This document shows positions 25,296 to 37,700 of a stretch of 64,000 bases of DNA, piece after piece. This DNA is from Dudresnaya verticillata (lineage: Eukaryota). Under the pieces are notes generated by a model. That model was not told the origin of the DNA and made no database searches. It saw only the letters and a program-made list of their open reading frames with translations. The DNA is taken from the NCBI GenBank assembly GCA_977862235.1, contig OZ374564.1, forward strand, positions 1,922,001 to 1,986,000. The letters run 5' to 3'. Position 1 is the stretch's first letter. Every line of letters begins with the position of its first letter. A program made the translations under genes and the position numbers.

Positions 25296-26390
25296 CCAGC
25301 CAAACGTATAATTCAGCACTTTTGAACAAACGGTCGCCGTACGTCTTTCCAACTGGTTGCCGTAGGTGTTTCCAACTGGTTGCGTTAAGCTGATGAGCAC
25401 GGGATAAGTGTTGCGGTTTCCACGAAGAGCACTTCGGGTTTATAACAATATGTCCGTAGACAGGCCAGTGGTCACGGCAGTGAAAGACAGGATATATCAT
25501 GCCGGTTTCCAGCTCTTGCCTGGAAACGAGGTTTGTCCGCATGACTAACAGCCTCACGTACGGTTTTAACGTTGCCGGAAGGATAGTTAGAGTCCTGTAC
25601 TATTGGTGGCGCCCTGATCCATTCCGTGAGATTACATGAAGCTAGAGATCACTGCAGGGTTCTATTGGTCGTCGGTAAATATATCGACGTATTGTGCGGT
25701 AGGGGTGTTCGCCCTAAGTTCGTACTTTCTCAAAAAATATTTGGAAGTCAGTTCTAACCGTCCAACCGTACTGTGATTCCGATTCACAGCTGCCCTACTA
25801 GGGTATCTAAACGATGCTCAAGGCGGGTAAGAATTGGGCATACGAAATAGTTCCACAACGTGGAGGCGAAATTGGAAGTACGTGTGCCTGCGTAGTCACA
25901 CTCCCTTGGACTGGGGGTGATGTGGACGATTCGCAAACGTACAGTCATTCCGATTATACCGACATGAACGTGTTCCTCAGAAACGATAGGAATACCTTCG
26001 GGTTTTCGAATTGGCAAAAGATTACTGTCCGCCCTCGCAGAATCGTTTAACATTGACATTTCCTGAAACCTGCGCCTCCACCCTGCAGATATGGTCATCG
26101 TAAAACCCCTTCAGCACCGAAACAAACTGATGATCTCAATCTGCCATCGGATGCCACGACAAACGTAAGTATGCGTGTTACCCAATGATAAAGTAATATC
26201 AAGGTCAGGTAAATGATTAATACCATACATGAGACCATAATAGAGCCTGTACCAGAGTTTCCAAGTGATCCATGTAAATACGTTCCAGAATTCTCCACAG
26301 ATGAACATGTCCTCGTTCTAGCAATACAGCCCTATTCTGCGGAGGTTCAGACAGTCTGATCTGCAGTTCCACCTAATATCTTGGCGGTGT

Positions 26391-27248
26391 ATGTGGACTA
26401 TCCAGCAAGTTGAGGCTGCATTTTTGCAGGGTCCTCATACTGCTGCCGGTATAAGTACTTCGGTACAGTACGGTCATTCTGATTACCGGGATTTGAACGT
26501 GTCCAATCGAAGATATATCCGTATTTGCATACAGAGAATGACTAAGCCTCGTACACAGCCAAAACCATTAGCTACAAGTGCTACTTTCCGTTTAAAAGCA
26601 CGCAATCGTTTCATTTCACAGACTTCCTCGACGTTACTGAGGAACAGAAATACGGCTGTACACACAGAGAAGAGGATTTCTTGCCGAAGTGTAGTCATTC
26701 CTATTACTCTCGACATGCTCATTGACCTCCCGGTGTTGCCGGACGACATACAGTCAGGTTTCTGCGCATTTCATGCCTTCATGCGCTGTGAATTGAGGCT
26801 TCGATTGGCAGAGCAGCAGCGCCGCCTTAACGGTGACTCTTTGCCATTTTCGGAACGCATAATGCGATCCTTGGAGGTGAAGAATGAAGAAAGAGTCATG
26901 GAACAGGACCGTGCTCGAGAGTTTGAGGTCGTTATGGGTCAATACGACCATGACCAGAACATGCTCACAGTGGTATACCGTGGGGGTATGAAGAAGCTTG
27001 ATTACGTATCGGGGGATGTTTTCTCCGGATCTGAAGCTCATGAAATCGATGCCGTCTTGGTCGAAGCGAGTCGCCTGGGAAGCGACCCAGTACGGGAGCT
27101 GGAGCGAATGTGCCGCCTTCTCCTGACTTGGAATTTTGCCAAAACTAAGGCAGAAGGGACTGTGGCGGTAAAGGAGGTAAGGGTGGCCCGTGCGGAGCAT
27201 GACGTGCGCGTCATGTATAAGAAAGCTTCATCGTGCAAGTCTGTTTAA
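26391..27248 (+). CDS. hypothetical protein
   Basis: Open 285 codons; globular-looking C-terminal ~180 aa from MLIDLP; no recognised domain. Confidence 0.5.
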   Translation: MWTIQQVEAAFLQGPHTAAGISTSVQYGHSDYRDLNVSNRRYIRICIQRMTKPRTQPKPLATSATFRLKARNRFISQTSSTLLRNRNTAVHTEKRISCRSVVIPITLDMLIDLPVLPDDIQSGFCAFHAFMRCELRLRLAEQQRRLNGDSLPFSERIMRSLEVKNEERVMEQDRAREFEVVMGQYDHDQNMLTVVYRGGMKKLDYVSGDVFSGSEAHEIDAVLVEASRLGSDPVRELERMCRLLLTWNFAKTKAEGTVAVKEVRVARAEHDVRVMYKKASSCKSV

Positions 27249-27327
27249 TATCGACCAAGGATGAAGTCGACCAATCAATCTGATTGCGTAGCAAGGAGTA
27301 GTACTTGGAGACGCGCGTCGGTCTTGA

Positions 27328-27935
27328 CTATGTGTGCTTAAGGCCGTACCTTTCACCGTCGGTAATGTTAGAAACGAAAAGACTTCGACGGTTGTATTTT
27401 TGACGAGCGACGTAATACGAATTACGATCCTGGCGGCTTTTGAATTTTCCATATCCCCGCGAGAGTACTTCCAGCACAATAGCTGTGTCGGGATTTGACA
27501 TGAGCTTCTTTTCCTCTCTCTGCTGAATATCAACTAGGAAGGCCTTGAAACCTCCAACTCGTTCAGGTTTTCCGTAGTTCTTTACATTTGCCTGCCCATG
27601 AACGCGTTCCATAAATGTAGGAACACAGACCTGTCGAAGAGTCTGACTCCCAGCGCCTCAAGGCCGGTGAACCGCTTGCCTTCAGAGATGCAGTTGTCAA
27701 TTAATGCGAGTAAGTTGAACTCACCAATGCGGAGGACCATTTCTTTTTCGGTTTCCTCTGGTCTGCGCAGGGAATTGAAATCCAGACACGACAGATCCTG
27801 CCTCTTCCCAAGCCGTTCATCACTGACTTCTCGTGCAGGCTCCTTAGGTACGAAGTCAGACATCTTCCCCTTACGTACGAGGATGTGCATTCGGACTGCC
27901 ACAGGGGGTAGTACATCAGCGGGGGATTTCTGCAT
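27328..27935 (-). pseudogene. hypothetical protein split by one frameshift
   Basis: Overlapping ORFs 27582-27935 and 27328-27612, protein-like composition, convergent on the 26391 ORF. Confidence 0.45.
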
Positions 27936-29941
27936 CAGGAGCTTGGGTCGCTATTGTTCCGCTGGGCTATATACCGTGTACGTTTTGTACCTAAATACAA
28001 GATTGGATTCATCATGCCTGCCACGTCGAATTTTCAGACACGCAAAGTTTAACCTGCTATCCTCTCGAAACCGGGACCAGCAAATTCATTCCTTCTTCGC
28101 CAAGTACTCCAGTCAATTAATACTGCACATGTTGGTATCGACGCTTGTTTCAATACATGTGCGAGCCCGAGCCCTGTATCGTGGAAGGGGAGTATGCGCC
28201 GGCAAAATGGAGTTATCAATAGTGGTATCAGAACGACTTGTCTGGGTTCTCGTCTTCATTTCAGCAACTTCGGCTGATGGTATCCCTCCCAACTGTACTC
28301 AGACCCGTTCAGGCATTACGAAACGAGCTGGACACAATTATTCTTTAAAACCAACTGAGCCGCATGGCACAGGCAGTAAACAACCGAGGTGCATTGGCAA
28401 TTGCCTATATATTACATCCTTTTCATGAAGAGGCTATCTACGCCTTGTAGGTAGAACCATACCTGCACCAGGAACCCACAATGGCAGGTGACGAGTCAAT
28501 GTGAAGTGGGTCAAAAATGTCGCCAACAGCGGAAACATGTCCCTTTCATGAGCACGTCCTGCTCACTTAATACAGTCGATTGTAAGAGCGTTGCGGCTCA
28601 CGAGTTTGCAATTTATTCGAACCCTACCATAAAGTTCCCCCATCGATTGTAAGTGCTTCAGTTATTGAGTACACTGAATTGTTGTTAAACCTGACGCGTC
28701 TGGGGAGCAAGGTCGTCGGAGTTTGGACGCTATTCTCGACCGCAATGGTAGTGGACTGCAAGCGATCCCCCTCAAGGTTGAATGAGCCTACCAAACGCCG
28801 CATTTTCCCCCAATGGAGCTTGCGATGTTTCCTCAATGGATAAGCCTACGGACATGGTTGGAACGGAGAACCTTTGGAGTGTCGACAATGTAATCGTTCG
28901 CGCGCGTGGTTAACCGGGAAACAGCTACAGGCTTATACATTTTATTATCATTACCTAAAGAACAAGTCGCTCCGCCTTCGGCGGGGGCGGCGCCGCGCGC
29001 CGCTAGACCCCGCGCCTTCGGCGCGGGACGGCACTGAGTGCTGGTATGATAATCCCAGCGCCGAAGGCAGGCGCGTGGTGTAACGGCGGTCGCGCACAAA
29101 AGTAAAGGACCAAATTAATAAATCAGGCGCACAGCAAAGGTCTCGGCTGTAAGGAGCACTATCCCGCCAATCAATAGTGAGCTTTGCTGCTGCTGCTGCT
29201 GATTTTTTCATTGGCGCTGCGGCCGTGTATTTTAGATATAATTTCGGATGCGTAGAAACAATTGTGGCGCCAAGTGGATTTCTTGGCGCATCGATATAGA
29301 ATTTTGTTTATTTTTCGAGACGTGGCCGGGCTAATACTACCCTTTGGGCGGTCATACCCCTACAAATTCTTACTATAAGGTAAACTACGTAGTGTTGGCT
29401 GCGTGTCATGGAATGGCCATACTTGTGTCTGCGACTTGTCATGACATCGGCATGTGGCGTCCCATCGTAGAGATATACGGGGGGCGGGTCGTACAGCGCG
29501 GTCGGGGAGCGACGGGCAGGGCGCGCTGACGCGGTGACGGCAGCGGGATCCACGGTGTGCACGAGGGTGGGCAACCGCGACAGCATATTTTGCCCAACGA
29601 GTTGTGCGTCGCGGGGCGGGGCGGGGGAGCGGGCGACGAGGCAGTCTGTGTGCGGTCGCGTGCACATTTGTGCACAGGCGCGCAAAGCACAGTGCACCCG
29701 TTGCACCAGAAAGCCGAAAAACGGGCGACGAGGTAGTCTGTATGCGGCGCCGAGCACGCGCGGCGCGGGCCAGATGGGCGGTGTGGCGCGCATGCAGCGC
29801 GTGCGGCCAGGGGCATGCCGCGGGCCGGCAATTTCCAATTTGGCCCAGTGCGGACCGCGGACTGGGCCGCGCGGGCCAAATCGACGCAAGAAAAGTGAAA
29901 TTCAGAATACCTGGAAATGTTTTGGGTACATTCACGCATAC

Positions 29942-30091
29942 CGCCATAACGTTCGAAGGAATGGTCCGTTAGCCAATCGGATTTCACCACCGTACTCAGG
30001 GGACGCTCTCCTTTCCAATTATATCATAAAATAGCTATTCGACTCGAGTCTGTTTTGAAAATCATATTCTGAAATCGCTCAAATGCGTGTT
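29942..30091 (+). repeat. 150-bp conserved element, copy 1
   Basis: Gapless manual alignment to 46902-47051, 87/150 identical. Confidence 0.85.
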
Positions 30092-30780
30092 ATAGATTAG
30101 TTTTGGGTTCTAAGTCCTGCGAGGAACAACTTTATGTATGAGAAGGAGCTGAATGTCGCCTGACCACATAATAAGGGTAGCAGGCTACTCGAACTATGGC
30201 AGGATGGATGCGAATGTCTTCAGTATTAATAAAAGAAGAGTGAGGCGTGTGGTACTGCCTTTGTACGCGGCATGAAGTGGCCGAAACGTTTATACGTCGT
30301 CAACCGGCAACATCATCTTGAGGTGTTTGGTTCAAGTCAGCTTGATGCCCAAGGCATCTCGGGACTCAGTTAGAGGTTTGTGAAACACACTCATCTCCTC
30401 ATCACCGCAGCTGTGGAGTATCTTCTTCTGACATGCCACGCACGCGAGGCCAGAAGCCCACCATGAAAGTCGCGTCTATCTGCTACCGTGCTGCCGGGAA
30501 CACGATGATCGTCACGTACACCATGGCCTTTGTCACCCGTTCTTCAGGCTGTCGATGCCGTCGAACGCAGGCGCCTCGCCGCTGCGCTGTTCGAACTGTC
30601 ATGATTTGCGCGGCAAGCCATAAAATGGCTGCCACAGACCACTCCCGTTCTTGGGAGCCAATATCAGAATGACCTACCGTCTGTCTTAAGCCGTACTGGA
30701 TACTTGCGGACTAACGCTACAACTCAATGGTGTGGTCTTTATTGGGAAATTACTCAATGCAGGCATGCAATCATTGCGCA

Positions 30781-31134
30781 CTAGTTTTGGTGAAGACTCT
30801 CTCGAATATTCTTCTGTACATTGACGGGGATACGCGAAGTGCTTGTTAAGCCACTAAATTCCACAAGCACCGAGCCAGCTGAAATCTTCCCGATCCATGG
30901 CGCTTGGTCATCTAAGATGTAAGGTTGATATCGCAGCCTATATGCGTCATGCCGTTCTTGCTCAATTGCTTCGTACCAACATATCTGCAGCTGCACAGAT
31001 TGTACCTTCCGGCCTCGTGTGCTCCGCAGCACCTCTTGAATCTTCGCAATGTAGAATGGGCATTCTGGAGCGCTGCCCTAATAGCGAACGCGAAATTATT
31101 GCGCGAGAATGGGACTTGTATGTCCTCCATTAAG
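30781..31134 (-). pseudogene. 3' end of Sola-type transposase gene, left of gypsy insertion
   Basis: Removing 31135-43509 joins ...DDNERDL-MEDIQVPF in frame; continues (one frameshift) PFYIAKI...ICWYE...PWIGKI...VLVEFSGLT. Confidence 0.7.
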
Positions 31135-32043
31135 TGTAGTGCCAGGGGGGGTCCCCCGTTTTCGCTTTCAAGCGTTGATATGCAGCGTCTACCGACGGAC
31201 GACCGCCAACGGCGCGCTCAACCCGTCCGCGGCGCAAACACGTCACCGACGCAAGCCGCTGGCAACTTGGGCCAGAACGGCTCGCTGGGCGTGCAGACCG
31301 CACGCCTGAACCCGGCCACTGTACGGCGCCACGCGTACGCGCATGGCGCAGTGGCGGGAACGTTCGCTGTAAGCGTGGCCCGAATCCGGATCCAATCCGG
31401 ATCCCATATCGGGATCCCATATCGGGATTAAGAGGTGTAAGGCACGCGCCTGTAAGCCTGGCGCATCCGCATCGCTGGCCCGAATCCGGACTGGATCGGG
31501 ATTGGTGCGGATCGAGATCGCTCGCGCCATGGGGCGCATGCGGCTGTAAGGAGGTAATCCACGTGTGAGTGTAAGGACTCGAGCGGGGAAGCTACGCGTG
31601 ATCTGTCAGGAGCGCGGCTGCATGACGGACGGGTCTGTCAGACGCGCCTCGGGACAACACGTGTCCCGAGTTCCCGCGTTACGCGTACATCCGCGTCGCC
31701 GCCGCTAGGTAATCCTGTACCTAGTTGATCCGTCTCAGACATCACAGTAAACCCCGGCAAGCCGGCCTTGGTCCAGACTTCCCCGTTCAGCACGCGCGTA
31801 CCCTACCGCTGCCTACGGCTAAGCGTCTACCTCCGTGCTTCCACGTCTCTACCCGTCCACGACGTGTTCCCTTTCTGTTCTCTTTTGTTCTTCTATTCCG
31901 CCTCGGGCGTTTACAGTCCGCCCAAGGCGAGCTAACCGCTCTACCGCCAGTTGCCCACGGCGAGGCCACCCATCGCCGCAGGCGTCGCTACCCACCGAGC
32001 CTCGAACTGCTCGGTGGTGCCCGTCATCGACGTTTGCACTACA
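31135..32043 (+). repeat. 5' LTR of element C (909 bp)
   Basis: About 15 substitutions versus 3' LTR by manual comparison. Confidence 0.97.
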
Positions 32044-32045
32044 AC

Positions 32046-32063
32046 TGGTCTCCCGACCTAGAA
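32046..32063 (+). promoter_or_regulatory. primer-binding site, tRNA-Tyr-like
   Basis: TGGTCTCCCGACCTAGAA 2 nt after LTR; first 10 nt complement ...CGGGAGACCA as recalled for yeast tRNA-Tyr. Confidence 0.75.
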
Positions 32064-32170
32064 GTGTGCTACGTCTCAACGAGTTACTCCGTCGTGCGAC
32101 GTCCGACCTTCCGTCTCTAGACTTCTGTCGCTAATCGTCCACGACGTTCAAGCAACTCTACGACTGCATT

Positions 32171-34728
32171 ATGGCCTCACGACCGCCGCCGTCGCGAGGC
32201 CCCAGTTCAAGAAGACCGTCATCGACGCCGGGGAGTGTCCCCGCGTCGGAGCGGTCGCTACAGCGGATGAACACGAGGTCTGGGCGCCTCGTGAGCCCCG
32301 AGATCGCATCGGCCTTCCCGACCGGTCCAGGCCACGACCACTCCCATATATCGCTCAACAGGGGAGAAGTACCTCCCCCGCCGGTACCCGTCGTTATCCG
32401 CACCACCGTTCCCAATGAATCGGCCCTCCGAACCTACCACTCGCACGTGGATTCCGCTGACAGGGTACAAGCCGAACAGCGACCCGTCGAGGACGGAGCC
32501 CAAGCCGACATCGTCGAGGAGTAACCGGAAGATCCGGTCCACCAACCAACCTTACCCGTCAACGACGACCAGGAACGCCCTGCGGGGCGTGACGTCGTAG
32601 ACGAATCACCAATCCCAAGGGGCTGCTGCCCCTCACCCCACGGCAGTGCCGAATGTTCACCGGCCAGGCCGTTAGCGCAACCGCGCAGCACGGGAGGTCC
32701 GCCGCAGGCGTCGACACCCGCGCACACACCGCCAATGGCGTCCCCAGCATCCGCCCGCGTTGGTAATCTCACGATACCTCACGAGCGGATTCGGGAAGTA
32801 TGCGTCGCCGAAGACGATAACTTACTCGCTCGATTCGCGGAGATGCTCGACGACAATGTCGGAGGTATTTTCAGCCGTCTGCAGACGTTGGAAGAAGATC
32901 GGGACGGTGCCCTTCAAGGACTCCGTTCCGACCTCGACCGTCTGATGACGAACCCCAACCACGGGGTAGATGCCCCGCAGCCAGCGGCATTGACGGTCCA
33001 CTCTCAGTCGGAACTGAGTTCACGCGAACGTTTTCAACGATTGGCAACCCGCTTAGAGCGACTGGAAACCGCCAAATGGCGCCAAGGGCCGCCGTCCGAT
33101 GACGATAGTTCCGAAGAAGACCGTCGACGACGCAAAGACCGCAAGAGACGGGGCAAGAAACGCCGCAAGTCGCGTCATGGACGGAAGAAGAACCGTCGCC
33201 CACGAGGGGACTCATCATCATCCTCTTCAGACATGTCTAGTGACGGCAGGTCAACCGACTCTTCGTCGTCAGACGATGACGACCACGTGGCTCACGGCAG
33301 TGCAATGCGACCCCGCGGAAAGCGATACAAGGGACTGAAGGAGATAAGCCCCTCCAATCCTCTCTTCGACCAGTTGCTATCGTACCGTACATACCGTCTC
33401 CAAGACGTGGGACAGAAGCGCTCTGGACGCGAAACCGGGAAGGTCAAAGACCATATCAAGCGACTCGAGTTAACTATGAAGGACGCCGCCTTCAACGGCA
33501 GCGACCCCGTCATGGTCCTCGAATTCTTAACGCGGTTCGCGGATGAAGCGGACACGCTAGACATGAGCGAAGCACAAGCGTTCGTCGCGCTGCCGTACTT
33601 CTTAAGGGGCACGGCAGCCACGCAATTCCGCTCCGTCAAATCGACGTCCTCTCGCCACCGCGGCGGCGCATCATCGTACCCGGAGGCGGTGCACTACCTA
33701 CTTCGCACATACGCCACGCCTTCGGCGATTCGAGACGCTGTCCTCCCCCTGCGGTCGACTAGTCAGAAGCAGGGCGAAGACGAGACGACTTACGGCATGA
33801 GACTCGCCGGCGCATGTATTCGTTGCGGTAACGTTTATCCCTAATGGGAAAAGATGACACTGTTCATCGATGGGTTAGACCCGATGATCAGGTCCTTAGT
33901 GGCCCGCTTCCGCGAAGAAACGCCGAGGGCGGAGTTATCTTTTGAACGTTTAGTCCACTTCGCGCAGGACGAAGGTGACGCGCAACGCGCAAGACACGGC
34001 AGGGCCGGCTCGACGTCAGTAAGACGGGATATATTGGCCCCGGCCCAAGCCGCTCGCGCATTGCGCCCCGCCATTGGCGACAACCGAACGGTTCTACGTC
34101 AACAGACGAGGGGCACGAAGCCTGCCGCAGGCGCTATGATAGCAGAGTCCTCCGTTGAGTTCCGTGATGTCACCCGTCATGCGGACGATATGGAAACACA
34201 CGCCGATGGCGATCTCTACTTGGCCGATGAAAAAGCATCAGTGCCAACGTCAGCGTTACCAACGGACAGCTACGTCGAAGACGGGGACACAGAGGCGATG
34301 GATCCTACACTCGCCTTTGGGCGTTCCGTCGTGCCCGCGCCACGCGTCCCGTACTCGGAGTATGCCCCCACGTCCATCGGGCGAGGCCAGGTTGGCAAGA
34401 CAGGGGTCCGCTCCGTCAAGACGCTCGCAGACAGTTGATCTGTCATCAGTGTTATGCCCGTGGCCACATCGCACCGGACTGCTTCCTCCGCATGAGCGAG
34501 TATATGAAAGCGATCGCCAACTACGAAGGCTTAACAGACGCCGAGAAGGCGGGGGTCCCCGCCGATGCGTACACTCGGTACAAGGAACGCGCTGCGCGCG
34601 AAGCAGCATGCCGTGCAGCACGACCACCGTCGCCACGAGGCGGACCTATGCCGCATGCAGCAGAACGTCATCCGGCGGTGGTCAGTCGCTACACAGTGCC
34701 GCTACAACCGCCGCAGGCGAAAAACTAA
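32171..34728 (+). pseudogene. gag: gag of element C (two stops, one frameshift)
   Basis: FNGSDP...FLTRF capsid-like region, CHQCYARGHIAPDC zinc knuckle; stops at 32522 and 33842. Confidence 0.85.
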
Positions 34729-37700
34729 TAAGGGTACCAACTCCTGACACTGGGGTGTCGCACCAAGCAGAGAGGCTTCCGCCTCGAGTGCTGACACGGA
34801 AGGAGGGCCCGAACGTAGTTAACAAACACGCCGATGGGCGGGTAGACTCGTCACAGACGTCCTTAAAGCGCCCCTGGCGTAGGTACCAGCCCCCACAAGC
34901 CCGGGGACAGTTGTTCGTAATGGCCAAAAGGAACTACAAAGTATACGCCGATCTAGGCGTAACTGTAGGTACCTTGGCACGTAAACTTACTGTCCTCGAC
35001 ACGGGGGCTGGTCCGAATTTCATCCGTATTGACGATATTCCGCTAGAAGCGCGATTACGGATCGTATCCAAGAGTCTCCCCGTCATATCAGACGCTAACC
35101 ACAAGGCGATTCAGACCCGGGGCACTATCGACTTAGTCGTACGTCTCGGACGAAGGGTCGTCAAGTTGGAGTTGATCGTCTGTGAACGGCTCGCTGCGCC
35201 GGTTATACTCGGTTGCGACTTTTGCGGCCGCTTTGTCGAAGCGATTTATCCGCGGAGTCGCGAGATTGAGCTGGACGACGGCACCCGTTTCCCTATAACG
35301 CGCCTCCCGCTGCGCCGGCCCCCGTCGTACCCCCCGTTGCCAACGGAACAAGAGTACGGCACGGCCGAAGGGCGAACGTCGCCCAAGATACGCGTTGCGG
35401 AACGAACGATCATCCCGCCGCAGGCGCAAAAGTGGATCTCGTTAACGACCGAGCGAGCAGGGGTCATTACCATCCAACCGTTTGGAACGTTATATGATCG
35501 GCAAGCTTTGGCCGTTACTAACGGAGTCGCTCAAGTAGAGCCGCTGAGAGTGTTCCGGATTCTCGTCGCAAACTTCTCCCCGCGCCCGCAAGCGCTCGTC
35601 AAAGGACAAGTCGTCTCTACCGCGTTGCCACATCCCACAGCAGTGTTCCCCAGTCACATAAGTCTGGCCGATGTCCTAGGTATCACCGAGGAGCAGGCAA
35701 CGGAGGAGGAAGCGAATCAAGATTTTCGTTTTCAAACGAAGGATGGGGTAACGGCGCAGCCGGATACATTCGCTAAGTCGATCGAAGCAACTGTAGCTAA
35801 ACCTCCGTCAGTGGACGAGTTGGACCTGAGCCATCTCTCAGCCGAACATCAAGGACGGCTGAAGGAGATGCTGCGCAGGTACTCGTCGATGTGGGACGGT
35901 TCATTAGGAGAAATCGCAACCACGGAGCACTATATTGACTTGCTCCCCGGCTCCAGGCCGATTTCATCCCCGCCCTACCGCGCTGGCCCAAATCAAAGGC
36001 AACTCGCTCAAGCGAAGGTGGATCGCATGTTGCGTCAGGGGGTTATCGAACCCGCACAATCGCCATGGGCGTCGCCGGTCGTCTTCGCTCCCAAGAAGGA
36101 CGGTACACTCCGCTTCTGCGTTGACTACCGTCGCTTGAACGCGGTAACGGTACGAGATACGTACCCTCTCCCGCGAATCGACGAATGTATTGACAGCCTA
36201 GGGGAAGCGAACGTCTTCACCACCCTAGACTGCAATAGTGGTTACTGGCAGGTGCTCATCAATCCGCGGGATCGCGACAAGACGGCGTTCACGTGCCATG
36301 CCGGATTGTTCCGCTACAAGCGTATGCCCTTCGGACTTACTAACGCACCGGCCACATTTCAACGGACCCTCGATATCCTGCTTGCTGGTTACAAGTGGCG
36401 CTCATGCCTCGTCTACCTTGACGATGTGATCATCTTCTCTAACGATATCGACAGGCACTTTCCTCATGTTGACGAGATCCTTTCGACCTTGCATCGGGCC
36501 GGGGTGACATTGAAGTTGACCAAGTGCGACTTCTTCACCCCGACCGTCAACTATTTAGGCCATGTGATACGTCCGGGACGATTGGAAGTAGACCGTACGG
36601 TCACAGCCGCGTTACGCGAAGCCAAGCATCCGCGGGACCAGAAGGAATTACGGAGCTTTCTCGGATTGTGCACCGTCTATAGACGGTTCGTATCGCGATA
36701 CGCACACGTCGCCGCTTCCCTCAACAAATTGTTGAGGAAAGAACAAGACTTCCGGTTACAACCGTTCACCGAGGAGCAAGCTCGGGCATTCAGCACGCTT
36801 GTCGAAGCGGTGACTCACCCGCCCATCTTGGCGTTGCCACAGCAAGGACTACCGTACTCCGTCGATTGTGACGCGAGCGAATACAAGTTGGCTGCGCACT
36901 CTTCCAAACGCAGCCTGACGGCGAACGGAAGCCGCTTGGTTTCTGGTCACGCTCGTTAACCGCTCCGGAGCGCAACTACTCGGTATCCGAAAAGGAATGC
37001 CTAGCGGTAGTCTGGTCGATCACGACGTTGAGACCGTACCTTCAGATGGAGTCCTTCGTAGTCCATACGGACCATTCGTCGTTGAGGTGGCTCATGGAAA
37101 TCAGCGACCCCTCAGGACGGTTAATGAGATGGCGCCTTTGCCTCTCTGAGTTCGACTTCGTCGTGAAGTATAAAAAGGGGTACCTGAATACTCAGGCAGA
37201 TGCCCTCTCACGTCTACAGACGAACGGCGAAACTGTCGAGCCAATCGACGATGATATCCCGTGTTACCACGGGAGCTGCGTCAAAGACGAGGACCACTCG
37301 TCAGAGGACGGCTACGCTCACGCAGAAAGCGGTACGTCAAACGCCAAGAGCGAAGTCGATTTCTCCGAACGAGACTTCGAGGAGTTTGACCAAATGTTGG
37401 TTACCAGCGCGCCACCGGCGGATGAAGTGCTCCTCCGCCAATTGACGCATGAAGAGTTGGTGCATGCTCAGGGCAGTGACCAGTACTGTTCCGAGATCCG
37501 GAAACGTCTAGAGGACGGAAACAACCTACCGTTTGCAACGGACGAACAGGGACTATTCGTTCGGACCGTCGAGGCCCGACCCCAAGTCGTTGTACCATCC
37601 GCGTTACGCGTTCGATTGCTCCACCTCCGGAATCATGCTAAATTAGCAGGACATCCCGGAGGGCGGAAGCTGTACCATACGCTTCGACGCGAGTATTATT

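Noticed and set aside
27598..28428. 276-aa plus-strand ORF
   Set aside because: Ser-rich, largely the antisense shadow of 27582-27935
29308..30034. Several overlapping ORFs
   Set aside because: GC-rich Arg/Ala/Pro frames on both strands without domain signal
34155..34718. N-terminal part of the 934-aa ORF as pol
   Set aside because: Overlaps gag in another frame; pol probably begins at the frameshift site
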